In this document: positions 29,724 to 41,534 of the stretch, in pieces | Layout of the letters: every line of letters starts with the position of its first letter | Numbering within the stretch: position 1 is the first letter of the stretch | Assembly (NCBI GenBank): GCA_049325335.1 | Contig: JBMOMC010000043.1 | Location: 341,852 to 405,851, forward strand | Direction of reading: 5' to 3' | Source: Nitrospirota bacterium | GTDB lineage: Bacteria; Nitrospirota; Nitrospiria; 2-01-FULL-66-17 | Length of the DNA stretch: 64,000 nucleotides | Position numbers and translations under genes: made by a program | Notes under the pieces: model-generated | What the model was told of the DNA's origin: nothing | Database searches by the model: none | The model's input: the letters and a program-made list of their open reading frames with translations, nothing else

Positions 29724-30494
29724 TTATTTCTGGGCATGGACCGGCGGGGGCGGGGCGGTGCATCCCACCGCCAACCACGTCCCGTATTGCCGTAGCCAGC
29801 GCCGGTGTGTGTCGTAGGCGGGGTCAACGTGCGCCAGACGACGCCAAAAACTCTGCGCGTGGGTGCGATCCGCCAAGTGGACGAGTTCGTGGGCGACCAC
29901 CGAGTCTAGGATGGCGGGCGGCGCCATCACCAAGCGCCAATTAAACGAGAGGTTGCCGGACGCGGAACAACTGCCCCATCGGGTGCGCTGGTCTCTGATC
30001 GAGACCCGCGCAAACCGATACCCTAAGGTCGCGTTCACCGCGTCCAGTCTCTTCGGAAAGATGCTCTCGGCTTGCCGCCGGTACCAGGCTTCCACCTCGG
30101 TCTGTAACGCGCGGCCACACCGAGCGCCGACGTGCAGCGTGCGGGTTGCCGGATCGTAACGAGGCCCTTCGCGCGAATCGTGGATCAGGTCGAGGCGCAC
30201 GCGCGCTCCCCGGAAGAACAATGCGCTGTCATGCGCCAGCGGCGCGAACCGGGGCGACGGATCGCGGGCCAGGCGATCCAGGTGTCGGGTGATCCACGCC
30301 GCGTGGGCATCCAGCAGGGCGGCGACGTTCAGCCGAGCGTTGACCGGCACCACGACTGAGAGCCCGGTGCGCGAGTGGATGGCCACGCGCCAGGCGCGCG
30401 CGCGTGGGCTGATCACGAGCCGGTACGTGACGGTTCGTCCACGCAACACCGCGGTATAGGTCAGAGGCAGTTCCGGGCCGCCGGCACCTCTCAC
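29724..30494 (-). CDS. YgjP/SprT-like M48 family metal-dependent hydrolase
   Basis: QRTRWGSCS, FNWRL, VVAHELVHL, H..SFW. The GTG start overlaps the NUDIX stop. Confidence 0.88.
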   Translation of the reverse strand: MRGAGGPELPLTYTAVLRGRTVTYRLVISPRARAWRVAIHSRTGLSVVVPVNARLNVAALLDAHAAWITRHLDRLARDPSPRFAPLAHDSALFFRGARVRLDLIHDSREGPRYDPATRTLHVGARCGRALQTEVEAWYRRQAESIFPKRLDAVNATLGYRFARVSIRDQRTRWGSCSASGNLSFNWRLVMAPPAILDSVVAHELVHLADRTHAQSFWRRLAHVDPAYDTHRRWLRQYGTWLAVGCTAPPPPVHAQK

Positions 30495-30946
30495 GCGGGA
30501 CGCGCTGCGATCCGTTCCGCGGCCTTTTCCATGATGCCGCGTTCGCTCGGATAGGTCAGGCGTCCGAGCGCATCGTCCAACGCCCACCACCGCGCTTCTT
30601 CCACCTCGTGGTCGTGATCCGCGGTGTCCCCGCTCACGTATTCGACTAGGTAAAAGTGTACGGTTTTTTGGATCTTGGCGTGATCGCGCGGCGAGTAAAA
30701 CGAATAGGCGATCTGTCCCAGCGGCTCAACCAGGCGGCCGGTGAGGCCGGTCTCTTCGCGGATCTCGCGCAGCGCCGCGTTTTCAACCGTCTCCCCCGGC
30801 TCGACCCATCCCTTGGGCAAGGCCCAAATTCGACGATTGGAGGGGCTCACGCGCGCGATGAGCGCCACCTCCACGCGGTCTCCGGTCCGGCGGAAGACAA
30901 TTCCACCAGCGGATATTTGGTCCAACGGTCGCGAGGGGATGGCCAC
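30491..30946 (-). CDS. NUDIX hydrolase (Ap4A hydrolase-like)
   Basis: Nudix box PKGWVEPGETVENAALREIREETG. Confidence 0.92.
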   Translation of the reverse strand: MAIPSRPLDQISAGGIVFRRTGDRVEVALIARVSPSNRRIWALPKGWVEPGETVENAALREIREETGLTGRLVEPLGQIAYSFYSPRDHAKIQKTVHFYLVEYVSGDTADHDHEVEEARWWALDDALGRLTYPSERGIMEKAAERIAARPA

Positions 30947-31014
30947 GGCGGGCTAGTGTAGGGAGTGGAGCGGAGCCCTGTCAACCCATCCCCGAGCAGC
31001 GGGCCTCGGACATG

Positions 31015-31944
31015 TTAGGCGGCGTGGCGTTGAATGATCGCGGCGAGATAGACGGTATACAGAACCAGCAGTAACACCCCGCGCCGTCGTTCAATAAGCC
31101 CTCCGCGCGTTGGATACGTGAACACTAAGGCCACGAGCCCGAACACCAATGTCACCGCGACCTCACGCCAACCGACGACGATGGGATGGATCGTGGCGGC
31201 GACGGCAACAATCAGCAGGCCATTGAAGATATTACTGCCAAGGATCGTCCCGAGGCCGACCTCGTCGTGTCCGCGCAGCTTGGCGATGACCGTTGTCGCG
31301 AGTTCGGGTACGGACGTGCCCACCGCCACAACGGTCGCCCCGATGATGAATTCCTCGATGCCGAAGGCCGCCGCGATGCCTCGTGCGCCGGTCACGATGA
31401 GATTTCCGGCGGCGATAAGAAAGCCAAGGCCGACCACACCGGAGACCACGGCGACCCACCCACGGCGTTCGCCGAGCACGGCCTCGGCGGCGCTCCGTTG
31501 TTTGCGAGCCTCGATCACGGCCGCCGCCAGCCAGGCGAGAAAGACACCCAACATAATGAACCCGTCGAATCTGGACAGCTCGCCATCGAAAAACAGAACG
31601 GCCGTGATTACCGGAACCAGCAGCGCCACGGGGAAATCCCGGCGGACGCTGTCGCGAGGACACTGGATTCCGGAAATCACGAGTGCCAAGGCCAGGATCA
31701 ACGCGACGTTCACCACATTACTCCCCAGCGCGTCGCCCAAGGCGATCTGGGGGCTCCCGGCCATTGCGGCGTTGACGGAGACCGACAGTTCCGGGCTCGA
31801 CGTGGCGAACGCCGCAACGGTTGCGCCGATGATGCCCGGCGACACGCGCGCCCAACGTGCGAGCCCCACCGCGCCGCGGACAAAGAGTTCTCCCCCGATT
31901 CCTGCGCAAACGACACCGAAGATCAACGCGAGGTAGTCGGTCAT
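31015..31944 (-). CDS. Calcium/sodium antiporter (CaCA, YrbG-like)
   Basis: Two alpha repeats (ATSSPEL..GSNVVN and GTSVPEL..GSNIFN); highly hydrophobic. Confidence 0.9.
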   Translation of the reverse strand: MTDYLALIFGVVCAGIGGELFVRGAVGLARWARVSPGIIGATVAAFATSSPELSVSVNAAMAGSPQIALGDALGSNVVNVALILALALVISGIQCPRDSVRRDFPVALLVPVITAVLFFDGELSRFDGFIMLGVFLAWLAAAVIEARKQRSAAEAVLGERRGWVAVVSGVVGLGFLIAAGNLIVTGARGIAAAFGIEEFIIGATVVAVGTSVPELATTVIAKLRGHDEVGLGTILGSNIFNGLLIVAVAATIHPIVVGWREVAVTLVFGLVALVFTYPTRGGLIERRRGVLLLVLYTVYLAAIIQRHAA

Positions 31945-32023
31945 GGTCCGAGGGGTCGGCAGTTCAAGAGGGTTAGAAAAAAAGTGGGCGTTTCATATGC
32001 CCGTGCGAATCGAGTCGGCATTT

Positions 32024-33247
32024 TTAGAGGCAGATCACGTCCTGTCCCGGATACCGCAGAGAGAGAAACAGCAGGAGATAGTCCCGCAGATGCCGTGTCA
32101 GCAAGAAGTGCTCCCGCACGTGCTCGCGGCCCTGTTCTCCAAGGCGTTGCGCGTAGTCCGGCTCGCTCAACAGTTGTTTGATCCAGTAGGCCGTGCCTTC
32201 GATCGAGTGCGTCAATATGCCGGTGCGGCGGTGCGCCACTTGCAGCGGAATGCCGCCCACCGCGCCGGCAATGACCGGCTTGCCTTTCCAGAGGGCTTCG
32301 GACACGGTCAGCCCGAAACCTTCCTTGATGGATTTCTGAATGATGAGCGTCGATGCCCGTTGGATGGCATTGATTTCCAGATGGCTGGTGGGAGGAAGTG
32401 CCCGCACGATGACGTCCTCGTCATGCTGCGCGCGCTCTTGCACCGCGGCCAGGACCTGGGCGCCTTCCGGATCATCGTCGGCCGAACCGCCGACCAGCAG
32501 CAGTCGGGCGTCAACGTACGCACGAGCCAGCCGAAACGCATCGATGACGCCCAGCGGGTCTTTCAACCAGTCAAAACGGGAGACCTGGGTGACCAACGGC
32601 TTGTCCAGCGGGATGTCGAGTCGATCCATGACGGCGGCGATCGTCTCGGGTGGGAGGTCTCGATTTTTCTCGCTGAGCGGATCGATCGACGGAGCGATGA
32701 GCACCTGACGCACGCGGAGCCGCTGCGCGAACGACGGCGCCGAGAACACGGCGGCGTTGTACTGTTCGATCAACGGCGCGAGGAACGCCCAGACTCGCGG
32801 GTCCGGTCTGGACACGTCGAGATGACACCGCCAGATCCAGCGGCCTCCCGCTGCGGGCTTGCGCGCCACGAGGCCCGCGGGTTGCGGGTCGTGGATAAAG
32901 ACCACGTCGTGGTCCAACGCCATCTGCGCCAGGTTCTCTTCCTGGGCCGCCCGGTACGCGTCAAAGTCATCGTCGGTAAACGACTGGGCCACGCCGTGCA
33001 ATGCGTTGTGGAACTTCTTGGTCACGTCGAAGAACCGATCCCCCCCTTTGATCACTTGCCACTCGGTGTGAACCCCGAGTTGGTTGAGGAGCGGCACCAT
33101 CCGTGTGAGGATCTCCGCGACGCCCCCGCCCACCGGCGTGGAGTTCACGTGACAGACGGAACTACCGCGCAGACGATCCGCCAACAATTGGATCTCGTCG
33201 GTCACGGCTTCCCCGACGACGGAGACGTAGTCTTCGAAGCGGATCAT
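32024..33247 (-). CDS. treT: Trehalose synthase TreT-like GT4 glycosyltransferase
   Basis: HVNST..GGGVAEIL, HDPQP, WRCH.D, QVSRFD..KDP, EGFGLTVSEALWK. Confidence 0.82.
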   Translation of the reverse strand: MIRFEDYVSVVGEAVTDEIQLLADRLRGSSVCHVNSTPVGGGVAEILTRMVPLLNQLGVHTEWQVIKGGDRFFDVTKKFHNALHGVAQSFTDDDFDAYRAAQEENLAQMALDHDVVFIHDPQPAGLVARKPAAGGRWIWRCHLDVSRPDPRVWAFLAPLIEQYNAAVFSAPSFAQRLRVRQVLIAPSIDPLSEKNRDLPPETIAAVMDRLDIPLDKPLVTQVSRFDWLKDPLGVIDAFRLARAYVDARLLLVGGSADDDPEGAQVLAAVQERAQHDEDVIVRALPPTSHLEINAIQRASTLIIQKSIKEGFGLTVSEALWKGKPVIAGAVGGIPLQVAHRRTGILTHSIEGTAYWIKQLLSEPDYAQRLGEQGREHVREHFLLTRHLRDYLLLFLSLRYPGQDVICL

Positions 33248-33918
33248 GCCGTCTCCTGTTCGCGAATGCGCTGTGCAGTCAGGCGGGCGATGCGACGACG
33301 CAACCCCTCCAGGGTCTGCGTGTAGGGGTCCATCCCGGCGATGGACCGAGCCAGGGAGTGTTCGCCCAGCGAGTGCTCCATCCATGCGGAAAAGTCGTTT
33401 CGTTCGCGCTTGAGGCGCAGCCGCGCATCGATCATGTGGTGGTAGAGGGAATGGACGGAGACCTTCTGCAGCCCGTCGAGGAATTCGCCGAGGGTGCTCG
33501 CCTGGTAGGGGGTGGGAAGGATGACGTTCACGGCTTTCATGAAATGAAATTCGCCGTTGTCCGGCGCCACGCGTTGGACCGTGGCGTTGGCCACATATCG
33601 CTCAAGAATGCCGATCAGTGCGTCACGCAGCGTTTCGAGGGAGTGAAACCGGACGATGTCCACCGCGGCAAATTGTTCGCCAAGCCGCCGTTCACCGAGC
33701 ATCTCCGCGGTCCAGTACGCGAAATCGTTGGGCGGTTCCGGCGACACGAATTGGTGGTCGTTCACGAATCGATGGGTGTGTTGGTAGATCACGCCCACGG
33801 GCACTACCCGCAGGTGATTGAGCAATTCCTCTATTGTCCGCGCTGAGAGGCCGGTCAGTTCAACTTGAACGATCTGGGTGACGAATCGAAACGGCTCAAC
33901 GGCGATCGGTGTCATCAT
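33244..33918 (-). CDS. DUF5752-like protein
   Basis: Duplicated IY.H..NDFA.W..LG..L unit; located between otsB and treT. Confidence 0.7.
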   Translation of the reverse strand: MMTPIAVEPFRFVTQIVQVELTGLSARTIEELLNHLRVVPVGVIYQHTHRFVNDHQFVSPEPPNDFAYWTAEMLGERRLGEQFAAVDIVRFHSLETLRDALIGILERYVANATVQRVAPDNGEFHFMKAVNVILPTPYQASTLGEFLDGLQKVSVHSLYHHMIDARLRLKRERNDFSAWMEHSLGEHSLARSIAGMDPYTQTLEGLRRRIARLTAQRIREQETA

Positions 33919-34736
33919 GACGGACGCTCTCCCAGATCAGCCGTGTTGAGCCATTGTTCGATAAAGCGTCGAACGTGATCCGGACTGGGCAAACAGTATC
34001 GCGCGGCGCTGCGGCGCGGCGGGCCCACCAAGATGCCGATCCCGTCGCGCCGGATGGCGCGGAAGGCGTCCTCGTCGGTCGTGTCGTCTCCCAGGTAGAC
34101 CGGGGTGCGACCGGTCAAGGTTGGGTGGTCGATCAGCCACCGCACCGCAGCGCCTTTGTGCCAGCCACCAAGCGGCCGCAACTCGAGAACGGCTTTCCCC
34201 CGGACCACGCGCAAGCGGCCGTTGGCCGTCGGTAGGGCGAGTCGCTCGCAAAGCGTGGGCAGCCAACGTCGGCGCTCCGCCGGGGCCACGAGCCGATGGT
34301 GGATGCTGGCGGTCGGTCCCTTCCGCTCGATCAGCACGCCCGGCGGCGCGTCGGACTCGATCGCGGTCAGCAGACGATCGAGCTCGCGCGGCCAGGCCGC
34401 CGGAAGCGGTATGCGGTATCGCACCCCGGGCCCGGAGATCTCCAGGCCGTGGTTCCCCACATAGTAGAGCGAGGGTACGCCCACCAGTTTCCGCAACGCG
34501 CTTCGTGCGCGTCCGCTGACAATCGCGACCGGAAGACGCCGGGCCAGGGCGCTCAGGAGCCGACGGCCGGCCTCGTCAAGGACGGCCTGATCCGGGTGCG
34601 GCGCGATTGGAACCAACGTCCCGTCGTAGTCCAAGCACAAGAGGATTGAGCGCGTCATCAGCCGCTTCGCCAATACCGCGGGCCTGACCCTGATGGGTCG
34701 CCCGGCGGCGCGCCCGGGCGCGGGCACGACCGCCAT
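33915..34736 (-). CDS. otsB: Trehalose-6-phosphate phosphatase
   Basis: HAD motifs LDYDGTL, SGR, GNHGLE, HKG, GDDTTDEDAF. Start uncertain. Confidence 0.9.
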   Translation of the reverse strand: MAVVPAPGRAAGRPIRVRPAVLAKRLMTRSILLCLDYDGTLVPIAPHPDQAVLDEAGRRLLSALARRLPVAIVSGRARSALRKLVGVPSLYYVGNHGLEISGPGVRYRIPLPAAWPRELDRLLTAIESDAPPGVLIERKGPTASIHHRLVAPAERRRWLPTLCERLALPTANGRLRVVRGKAVLELRPLGGWHKGAAVRWLIDHPTLTGRTPVYLGDDTTDEDAFRAIRRDGIGILVGPPRRSAARYCLPSPDHVRRFIEQWLNTADLGERPS

Positions 34737-36976
34737 CACGTCCCGCCAAAGGGCTCGGAAGCCGCCACGCGGACTTCCGCGACATCCGCGACGAGATTTG
34801 CCGCCCACCGATAGATGTTGGACGTGCGGATCTGCTCGCGCATCGCGGACATTCGCCGGTTCTGTTCGTCCGTCGGCATGCCCAGCGCGTACGCGATCGC
34901 GTCGGCGAGTTGTTCCGTGTCGTAGGGGTTGACGATCAGCGCAGTGGCGAGTTCTCGCGCGGCGCCGGTAAACGGACTCAGGATGAGGGCCCCGGAGTCA
35001 TCGTCCCGAGCGCTGACGTATTCCTTAGCGACGAGGTTCATGCCGTCATGCAACGAAGTCACCATACAGACGTCCGCGATTCGGTACCACTTGAGAATGT
35101 CGCGGTGGGTGTGGTGTCCCTTAAGAAAGAGCAGCGGGGTCCAGGTTTTGGTGCGGAATCGCCACGTGATGCGGTCCGATTCCGCGTCGAGCTCGCTTAC
35201 CAGGTCGTGATAGCGTGGAATGTGCGTGCGGCTCGGTGCGCCGAGTTCCACGAACGTGAAGCGCTCGCGGAACTCCGGATATTTGTCGAAGAACCGTTCG
35301 ATGCCACGAAACCGCTCGGCAAGGCCTTTTGTGTAGTCCAGCCGATCCACCCCCACGCCTACGCGCACGGTGGGCGGGAGCCCGAATTCCTTGAGTAGGA
35401 TCTCGCGCGCGTCCGGGCCCGGTGCGGGATCGGACCATGGGGCCACGCTGATCGGGTACGGCCTCACCAACGCGGTCTGCTGCTCGCGGGCGACGGCGAA
35501 TCGCTCGCGGTCGATGCGGCACTCCAGGGCGCGGTCGACCGTGTCGAGAAAATTATTGCAGTGAAACTGGATGTGAAAACCGATCAGGTCCGCACCCAGC
35601 ATGCCGTGCAGGATCTCTCGCTGCCACGGGCAGATCGCCATGGCTTCGGGATTGGGCCATGGAATGTGCCAGAACAAACCGACGCGTGCGTCAGGACGCG
35701 CGGTTTTGATCAAGCGCGGCAGGAGCGCGAAGTGATAGTCCTGGATCAACACCACCGGTTCCGGGCTCTCTTCGATCTCGCGCAGCACGGCGTCGGCAAA
35801 CTTGGCGTTGACCGCCTGGTACGCGGCCCAATCGTCGCTCCGAAAGGTCGGCCGCGTATGGGCGATGTGACACAACGGCCAGAGCCCTTCGTTGGAGAAT
35901 CCGTAGTAGTATCCCTGCTCCTCGTCTTTGCTCAGCCACACGCGCTTGAGCGTGTACGCGGGCTCGTCGGGCGGAACGCGCACGCGGTCGTGCTCGTCCA
36001 CGGTGAGCAAGTCCGCGTCTCCGCTGCCGTGCGCGACCCACAATCCTTCGGATGCGCGCATAACGGGTTCGAGTGCCGTGACCAATCCGCTCGCCGGCAC
36101 GACCCACTCGACGGCCTTGCCCCGGCGCATGTGGATATAGGGCTCGCGGTTGGACACGAGGACGAACGCCCGGCTTTCGAGTTTGGTGCGCACGAACTCC
36201 TTGAGGCGTTCCGCGGTCCACAGGGATTCGGACGTCAGGCGAAGCCGCGCCTCCTGTTCGGCCGAGGCGCGGGCTTGGGCCAGGCTGGAGACCATGCGCG
36301 CGGCTTCCGACGCCAAGGGTTTGAAGAAGGACTCAGGTACCGGGGGCTTCCCGACCGGGACCTGGCCCAGACGGAGTTGTTTCATCCATTCGGCCATGCG
36401 CGCGATGGGACCGTGGATGCTCCACCGGACGACGAGCAACGTGGTGAGGGCGACGGCAAACGCGTAGGTCAGCAGACGCAAAAAGCTGTTGGTCCAGATT
36501 TGCTTCATGCGGTCACGGATGTATTGGGCGTCGTGAACCACGGCGAGCACGCCGACGTTCTGTTCCCCTTCGATCAGCGGCAGTGCATACACGTGGAGCA
36601 GCCGACCATCGCGCTCAATCAACTCGCCGTGGTCGCGTCCCGAGTCCAAGACGGATCGGGTATCGACGAAGAACGTGGGCGTGGACAGCGCGGCGGTTGC
36701 CACGAGCGGCGCTCCGGTCGGGTCGAACACCGCAATGCCGACCAGTTGTTCCCGGTTGCCGAATCGGTCCACGATCCGACGGAGCGAACGTGTCTGGTGG
36801 TTCGCCAGGGCCGGCGCCACGGTCTCCTGGAGACTCTCCCCCACGAGTTGCGCGCGCCGTAACAAATCATTCTCGGATCGGTCATATTCGCGCCGTGTCT
36901 GGCTGAACGTGAAGACGACGACCGCCGCGGTTAGCACGACCACGAGTGACACGATGAGACGCAGCGAAATCTTCAT
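34736..36976 (-). CDS. otsA: Trehalose-6-phosphate synthase with N-terminal TM-periplasmic-TM-HAMP extension
   Basis: GT20 motifs VSNREP, LWPLCH, QDYH, FWHIPWP, VDRLDYTKG, DGMNLVAKEY. About 245 N-terminal aa contain two TM helices. Confidence 0.9.
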   Translation of the reverse strand: MKISLRLIVSLVVVLTAAVVVFTFSQTRREYDRSENDLLRRAQLVGESLQETVAPALANHQTRSLRRIVDRFGNREQLVGIAVFDPTGAPLVATAALSTPTFFVDTRSVLDSGRDHGELIERDGRLLHVYALPLIEGEQNVGVLAVVHDAQYIRDRMKQIWTNSFLRLLTYAFAVALTTLLVVRWSIHGPIARMAEWMKQLRLGQVPVGKPPVPESFFKPLASEAARMVSSLAQARASAEQEARLRLTSESLWTAERLKEFVRTKLESRAFVLVSNREPYIHMRRGKAVEWVVPASGLVTALEPVMRASEGLWVAHGSGDADLLTVDEHDRVRVPPDEPAYTLKRVWLSKDEEQGYYYGFSNEGLWPLCHIAHTRPTFRSDDWAAYQAVNAKFADAVLREIEESPEPVVLIQDYHFALLPRLIKTARPDARVGLFWHIPWPNPEAMAICPWQREILHGMLGADLIGFHIQFHCNNFLDTVDRALECRIDRERFAVAREQQTALVRPYPISVAPWSDPAPGPDAREILLKEFGLPPTVRVGVGVDRLDYTKGLAERFRGIERFFDKYPEFRERFTFVELGAPSRTHIPRYHDLVSELDAESDRITWRFRTKTWTPLLFLKGHHTHRDILKWYRIADVCMVTSLHDGMNLVAKEYVSARDDDSGALILSPFTGAARELATALIVNPYDTEQLADAIAYALGMPTDEQNRRMSAMREQIRTSNIYRWAANLVADVAEVRVAASEPFGGT

Positions 36977-38040
36977 GCGCCCTCTCTTGCCGCCGATCCG
37001 GTGATCGGCCCCTGCTCTTCGCCGTGCACGTACACGGTGCGCGACGGGTATGGGATCTCGATGCCCTCGGCTCGGAATCGTTTGAGGATTCGTAAACGCA
37101 ACTCGTGCTGCACCAGGTATTGATCGACGAATTCGCGGACCTGGCAGATCAACGTCCAGTCCAACGACGACTGACCGAAGCCAGGAATGAATCGAACAAA
37201 CGGCGCGGGATTTGCCAATAAGCCGGGAACCTGCCCTGCGGCGTGAGTGGCTTCTTCGACCAAGATTCGTTGCACCAGCGCGGTATCCGAGTCATACGAT
37301 ACGCTGATCGGAATCAGCAACGCCATGCTCTTGTCGGGCAGGCTGTAGTTAAGGATTCGTGCTTGCGCGAGTTTGTTGTTGGGGATGATCACGACGTTGT
37401 TGGGCAGCAGGCGAATGCGCGTGGTGCGCCACCCGATGTCGCTGACCGATCCCTCCTCCCCGCTCTCGAGTTTGATGACGTCGCCCACCCGGATCGACTT
37501 TTCCATCAAGATGTGAATCCCGGCAAAGAGGTTGGAGAGCGTGTCCTGCAACGCCAAGGCAAGGGCCAAGCCGCCCACGCCCAACGCGGTCAGGATCGGC
37601 GCGATGGAGACGCCGAGGGTGCCGAGCAGGATCAGCACGCCGAGCGAGATGATGACGCCCTTGACCACCACTTGGGTCAGCCCGGCGACCGGCAGCTCCG
37701 CGCGCTCGGCCGCGTAGCGCAGCGCGTGCGACGCGATGTTGGCGGCGACGAAGGTGAACGAGAGGATGACCAATGCGTGCAGGATCGAAAACGAGACCTG
37801 GATGATGCGCGGGGGCAGCACGGAGGTGCCGATGCCGACATACAGACCCAGGGCGATTGCCCACGAAATCGACGGCCCGCGAATCACGCTGAGGAACAGA
37901 TCATCCAGCGCGGTCTCGGTCTTCGCGGCCCAGCGGCGGAACAGGGCGAGCAGGAGGCGACGTGCGAAGAGCGCGGTGCCGGCCACCGCGATAAAAATGG
38001 CGGCCGAGGTCGCGATCTGGCGGAGCGTGGTGGGATCCAT
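36973..38040 (-). CDS. mscS: Small-conductance mechanosensitive channel
   Basis: GVGGLALALALQDTLSNLFAG, GWRTTRIR, IPN, GIEIPYP. Confidence 0.92.
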   Translation of the reverse strand: MDPTTLRQIATSAAIFIAVAGTALFARRLLLALFRRWAAKTETALDDLFLSVIRGPSISWAIALGLYVGIGTSVLPPRIIQVSFSILHALVILSFTFVAANIASHALRYAAERAELPVAGLTQVVVKGVIISLGVLILLGTLGVSIAPILTALGVGGLALALALQDTLSNLFAGIHILMEKSIRVGDVIKLESGEEGSVSDIGWRTTRIRLLPNNVVIIPNNKLAQARILNYSLPDKSMALLIPISVSYDSDTALVQRILVEEATHAAGQVPGLLANPAPFVRFIPGFGQSSLDWTLICQVREFVDQYLVQHELRLRILKRFRAEGIEIPYPSRTVYVHGEEQGPITGSAAREGA

Positions 38041-38160
38041 GCGAGGTCTCCGACTGAAAATGATATGGAAACGTGCGCTGTCTAGCGCATCGGCCGCGAC
38101 GAAGTCAAGGGACGGCGGTCGATCGCGTGCGCGACATCCGTGCGGGTGCGAGCCGAGGGG

Positions 38161-39294
38161 TTACTGGAGTAATGCCAGCACGGTGTCGCCGTAGCGAGCG
38201 ACCTGCCAGCGGCGGACGCCGGGGACCGCGGCCAATGTTTCGATGGCCCTGGGCCACGCGCGCACGATCGACTTGAGTTGGTCCGTGGACAAGATCATGG
38301 CGGGTTCCACGCCTTCCTCCCTGGCCTGGTTGCCGCGCCAGACGCGAAGGCGCGCGAACGCGCGTTCTTGCGCCGCGCTGAACGGTTCCTGTCGAACCCC
38401 CGCGCGTTGGGGCAGCGGGGTGGGGTCGGCCAAGCCCTCGCGGATCGCTTCGATCCATCGCAAGGGCTCCCGTCGAGCGGGCGCGGAGGCGGAGGGAAAG
38501 AGCGCATCCAGCTCGGCGGGCGTTTGAGGTTGCTGCAGGGCCAACGTCAATAAGTCTTCGCCGGAGATGACTTTGAACGGCGGCCGGTTCAGGCGTTTGG
38601 CCATGCGGTCGCGCACCACGGCCAACGCGCGCAGGGCGCGTTGCGCGGGCGGGGGCAGCAGGGGGGCGCCTTTGATCCGCACGTAGTCGTCGGGGTGGAA
38701 CGCGCGGCCGGTCCACTCGCGCCGGCTCATCCACTCGCCTTCCTCCTCGACCTGGGCGAGTCGCCCTTTGGCTTCGACTTCCTTGCGCATGATCTCGTGC
38801 AGAGGAGGCAGGTACTGAGTGTCTTTAGCCGCGTAGTCGAGCAGGTCAGGCGCGAGCGGGCGTTTGGACCAATGGGCTTTCTGGTATTTTTTCTCCAGGG
38901 TGACGCCGAAGTACCGTTGGAGCAAATCTCCCAACGAGTATTTGGGTTCTCCCGCGGCCTGCGCGGCCAAACAGGTGTCGAAAATCGTGACGATGGTGAA
39001 CCCGAAGTCACGTTTGAGCCCCACCACGTCGTAATCCGACCCATGGAAGACCTTCAGAATCGAGGGGTCCGCGAAGAGAGGGGCGAGGGGTTGAACGTCC
39101 GCCAGCAGCAAGGGATCGATCACCGCGGTAAATCGTCCGTCGCTCATCTGAATGAGTGACACGCGTTCTTGATACGCGTGCAGCGAATCGGACTCGGTAT
39201 CCACCCCTACCACGCTGGCGCGGCGCAAGATGGCCGCGGCTTCAGCCAGGGCGTCGGCGGTGGTGACGTAGACGTAGTCCGTGGGGTCGGTCAT
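38161..39294 (-). CDS. rnd: Ribonuclease D (3'-5' exonuclease + HRDC domains)
   Basis: GVDTESDS, KVFHGSDYD, FDT, WSKRPL, YAAKDT and HRDC-like C-terminus. Confidence 0.85.
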   Translation of the reverse strand: MTDPTDYVYVTTADALAEAAAILRRASVVGVDTESDSLHAYQERVSLIQMSDGRFTAVIDPLLLADVQPLAPLFADPSILKVFHGSDYDVVGLKRDFGFTIVTIFDTCLAAQAAGEPKYSLGDLLQRYFGVTLEKKYQKAHWSKRPLAPDLLDYAAKDTQYLPPLHEIMRKEVEAKGRLAQVEEEGEWMSRREWTGRAFHPDDYVRIKGAPLLPPPAQRALRALAVVRDRMAKRLNRPPFKVISGEDLLTLALQQPQTPAELDALFPSASAPARREPLRWIEAIREGLADPTPLPQRAGVRQEPFSAAQERAFARLRVWRGNQAREEGVEPAMILSTDQLKSIVRAWPRAIETLAAVPGVRRWQVARYGDTVLALLQ

Positions 39295-39474
39295 CAGTGA
39301 GCGTCGGCGTCTGTGATCCGGGACATCGTGCGGCCGCGCGTCGCGGCCGTTGGAAAGCCCTTGATCGACGCGAATTATACCGAATATGGCCGCGGCTTGC
39401 GAGGGCGGCACCACGGGGTGCCGCGGCCGCGCTTATGGTACAATGCGCGCCTGCCGAAACCTCGGAGAGACGAC

Positions 39475-40905
<1,431 letters not shown>

Positions 40906-41066
40906 CGGATTCGACGCCTCATGACAACAGAGTCCACAAATTAGTTGACCGGGCTTACCACCTCGCCTGATTATAGACGCCCGTCTATTCCCCGGGCGCC
41001 GTCTTTACTGTTTGATCGGTTGGCATCTCTGGCGTGTGGGGAAAATTTTGTTATGCTTGCCGACCG

Positions 41067-41534
41067 ATGAGACGGAATGGTCTGATCGGATCACTCGGCA
41101 CCCGTGCGACCGCGTGCCTGATCGCGACGCTGATCCTGTGCGGTCTCTCATGGTCGGCGCGTGCGGAATCCATCGCCGTGATCGTCAATGCCGACGGCCC
41201 GCTGGTCGGTCTCACGCGCGCCGACGTGCGGGCGCTGTATCTCGGTGATCGCCAGTTTGTCGGCGCCGAACGGGTGTTGGCCCTCCACCTGCCGGAGGGA
41301 CCGGTCAAGGACGCGTTGCTGCGCGATGTGACCGGCAAGGGGTTAAAGGCATACCGGCTTCATTGGGTGCAGAAAGTCTTCCAAGAGGGTCTGAGCCTTC
41401 CCCGGGTCGTCGGTGCGCCGTCGGCGGTGGTGGCCGAGGTGCAGTCCCATTCCGCCGATATCGGGTACGTGCCTGAGAGCGCGGCCGACGGTGTGCATGG
41501 CATTGCGATTCTGTTCCGGGTTCCGGGGCCATGA
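41067..41534 (+). CDS. Small periplasmic binding-protein-like partner of the diguanylate cyclase
   Basis: Signal peptide; IAVIVN..LT...VRALYLG..W....IGYV pattern; ATGA-coupled to the GGDEF gene. Confidence 0.7.
   Translation: MRRNGLIGSLGTRATACLIATLILCGLSWSARAESIAVIVNADGPLVGLTRADVRALYLGDRQFVGAERVLALHLPEGPVKDALLRDVTGKGLKAYRLHWVQKVFQEGLSLPRVVGAPSAVVAEVQSHSADIGYVPESAADGVHGIAILFRVPGP

Noticed and set aside
23467..36862. Long antisense ORFs (23467..25350, 25602..27197, 31943..33325, 35561..36862)
   Set aside because: They are exact opposite-strand shadows of uvrA, mutS2, treT and otsA, expected in high-GC DNA, and show no motifs.
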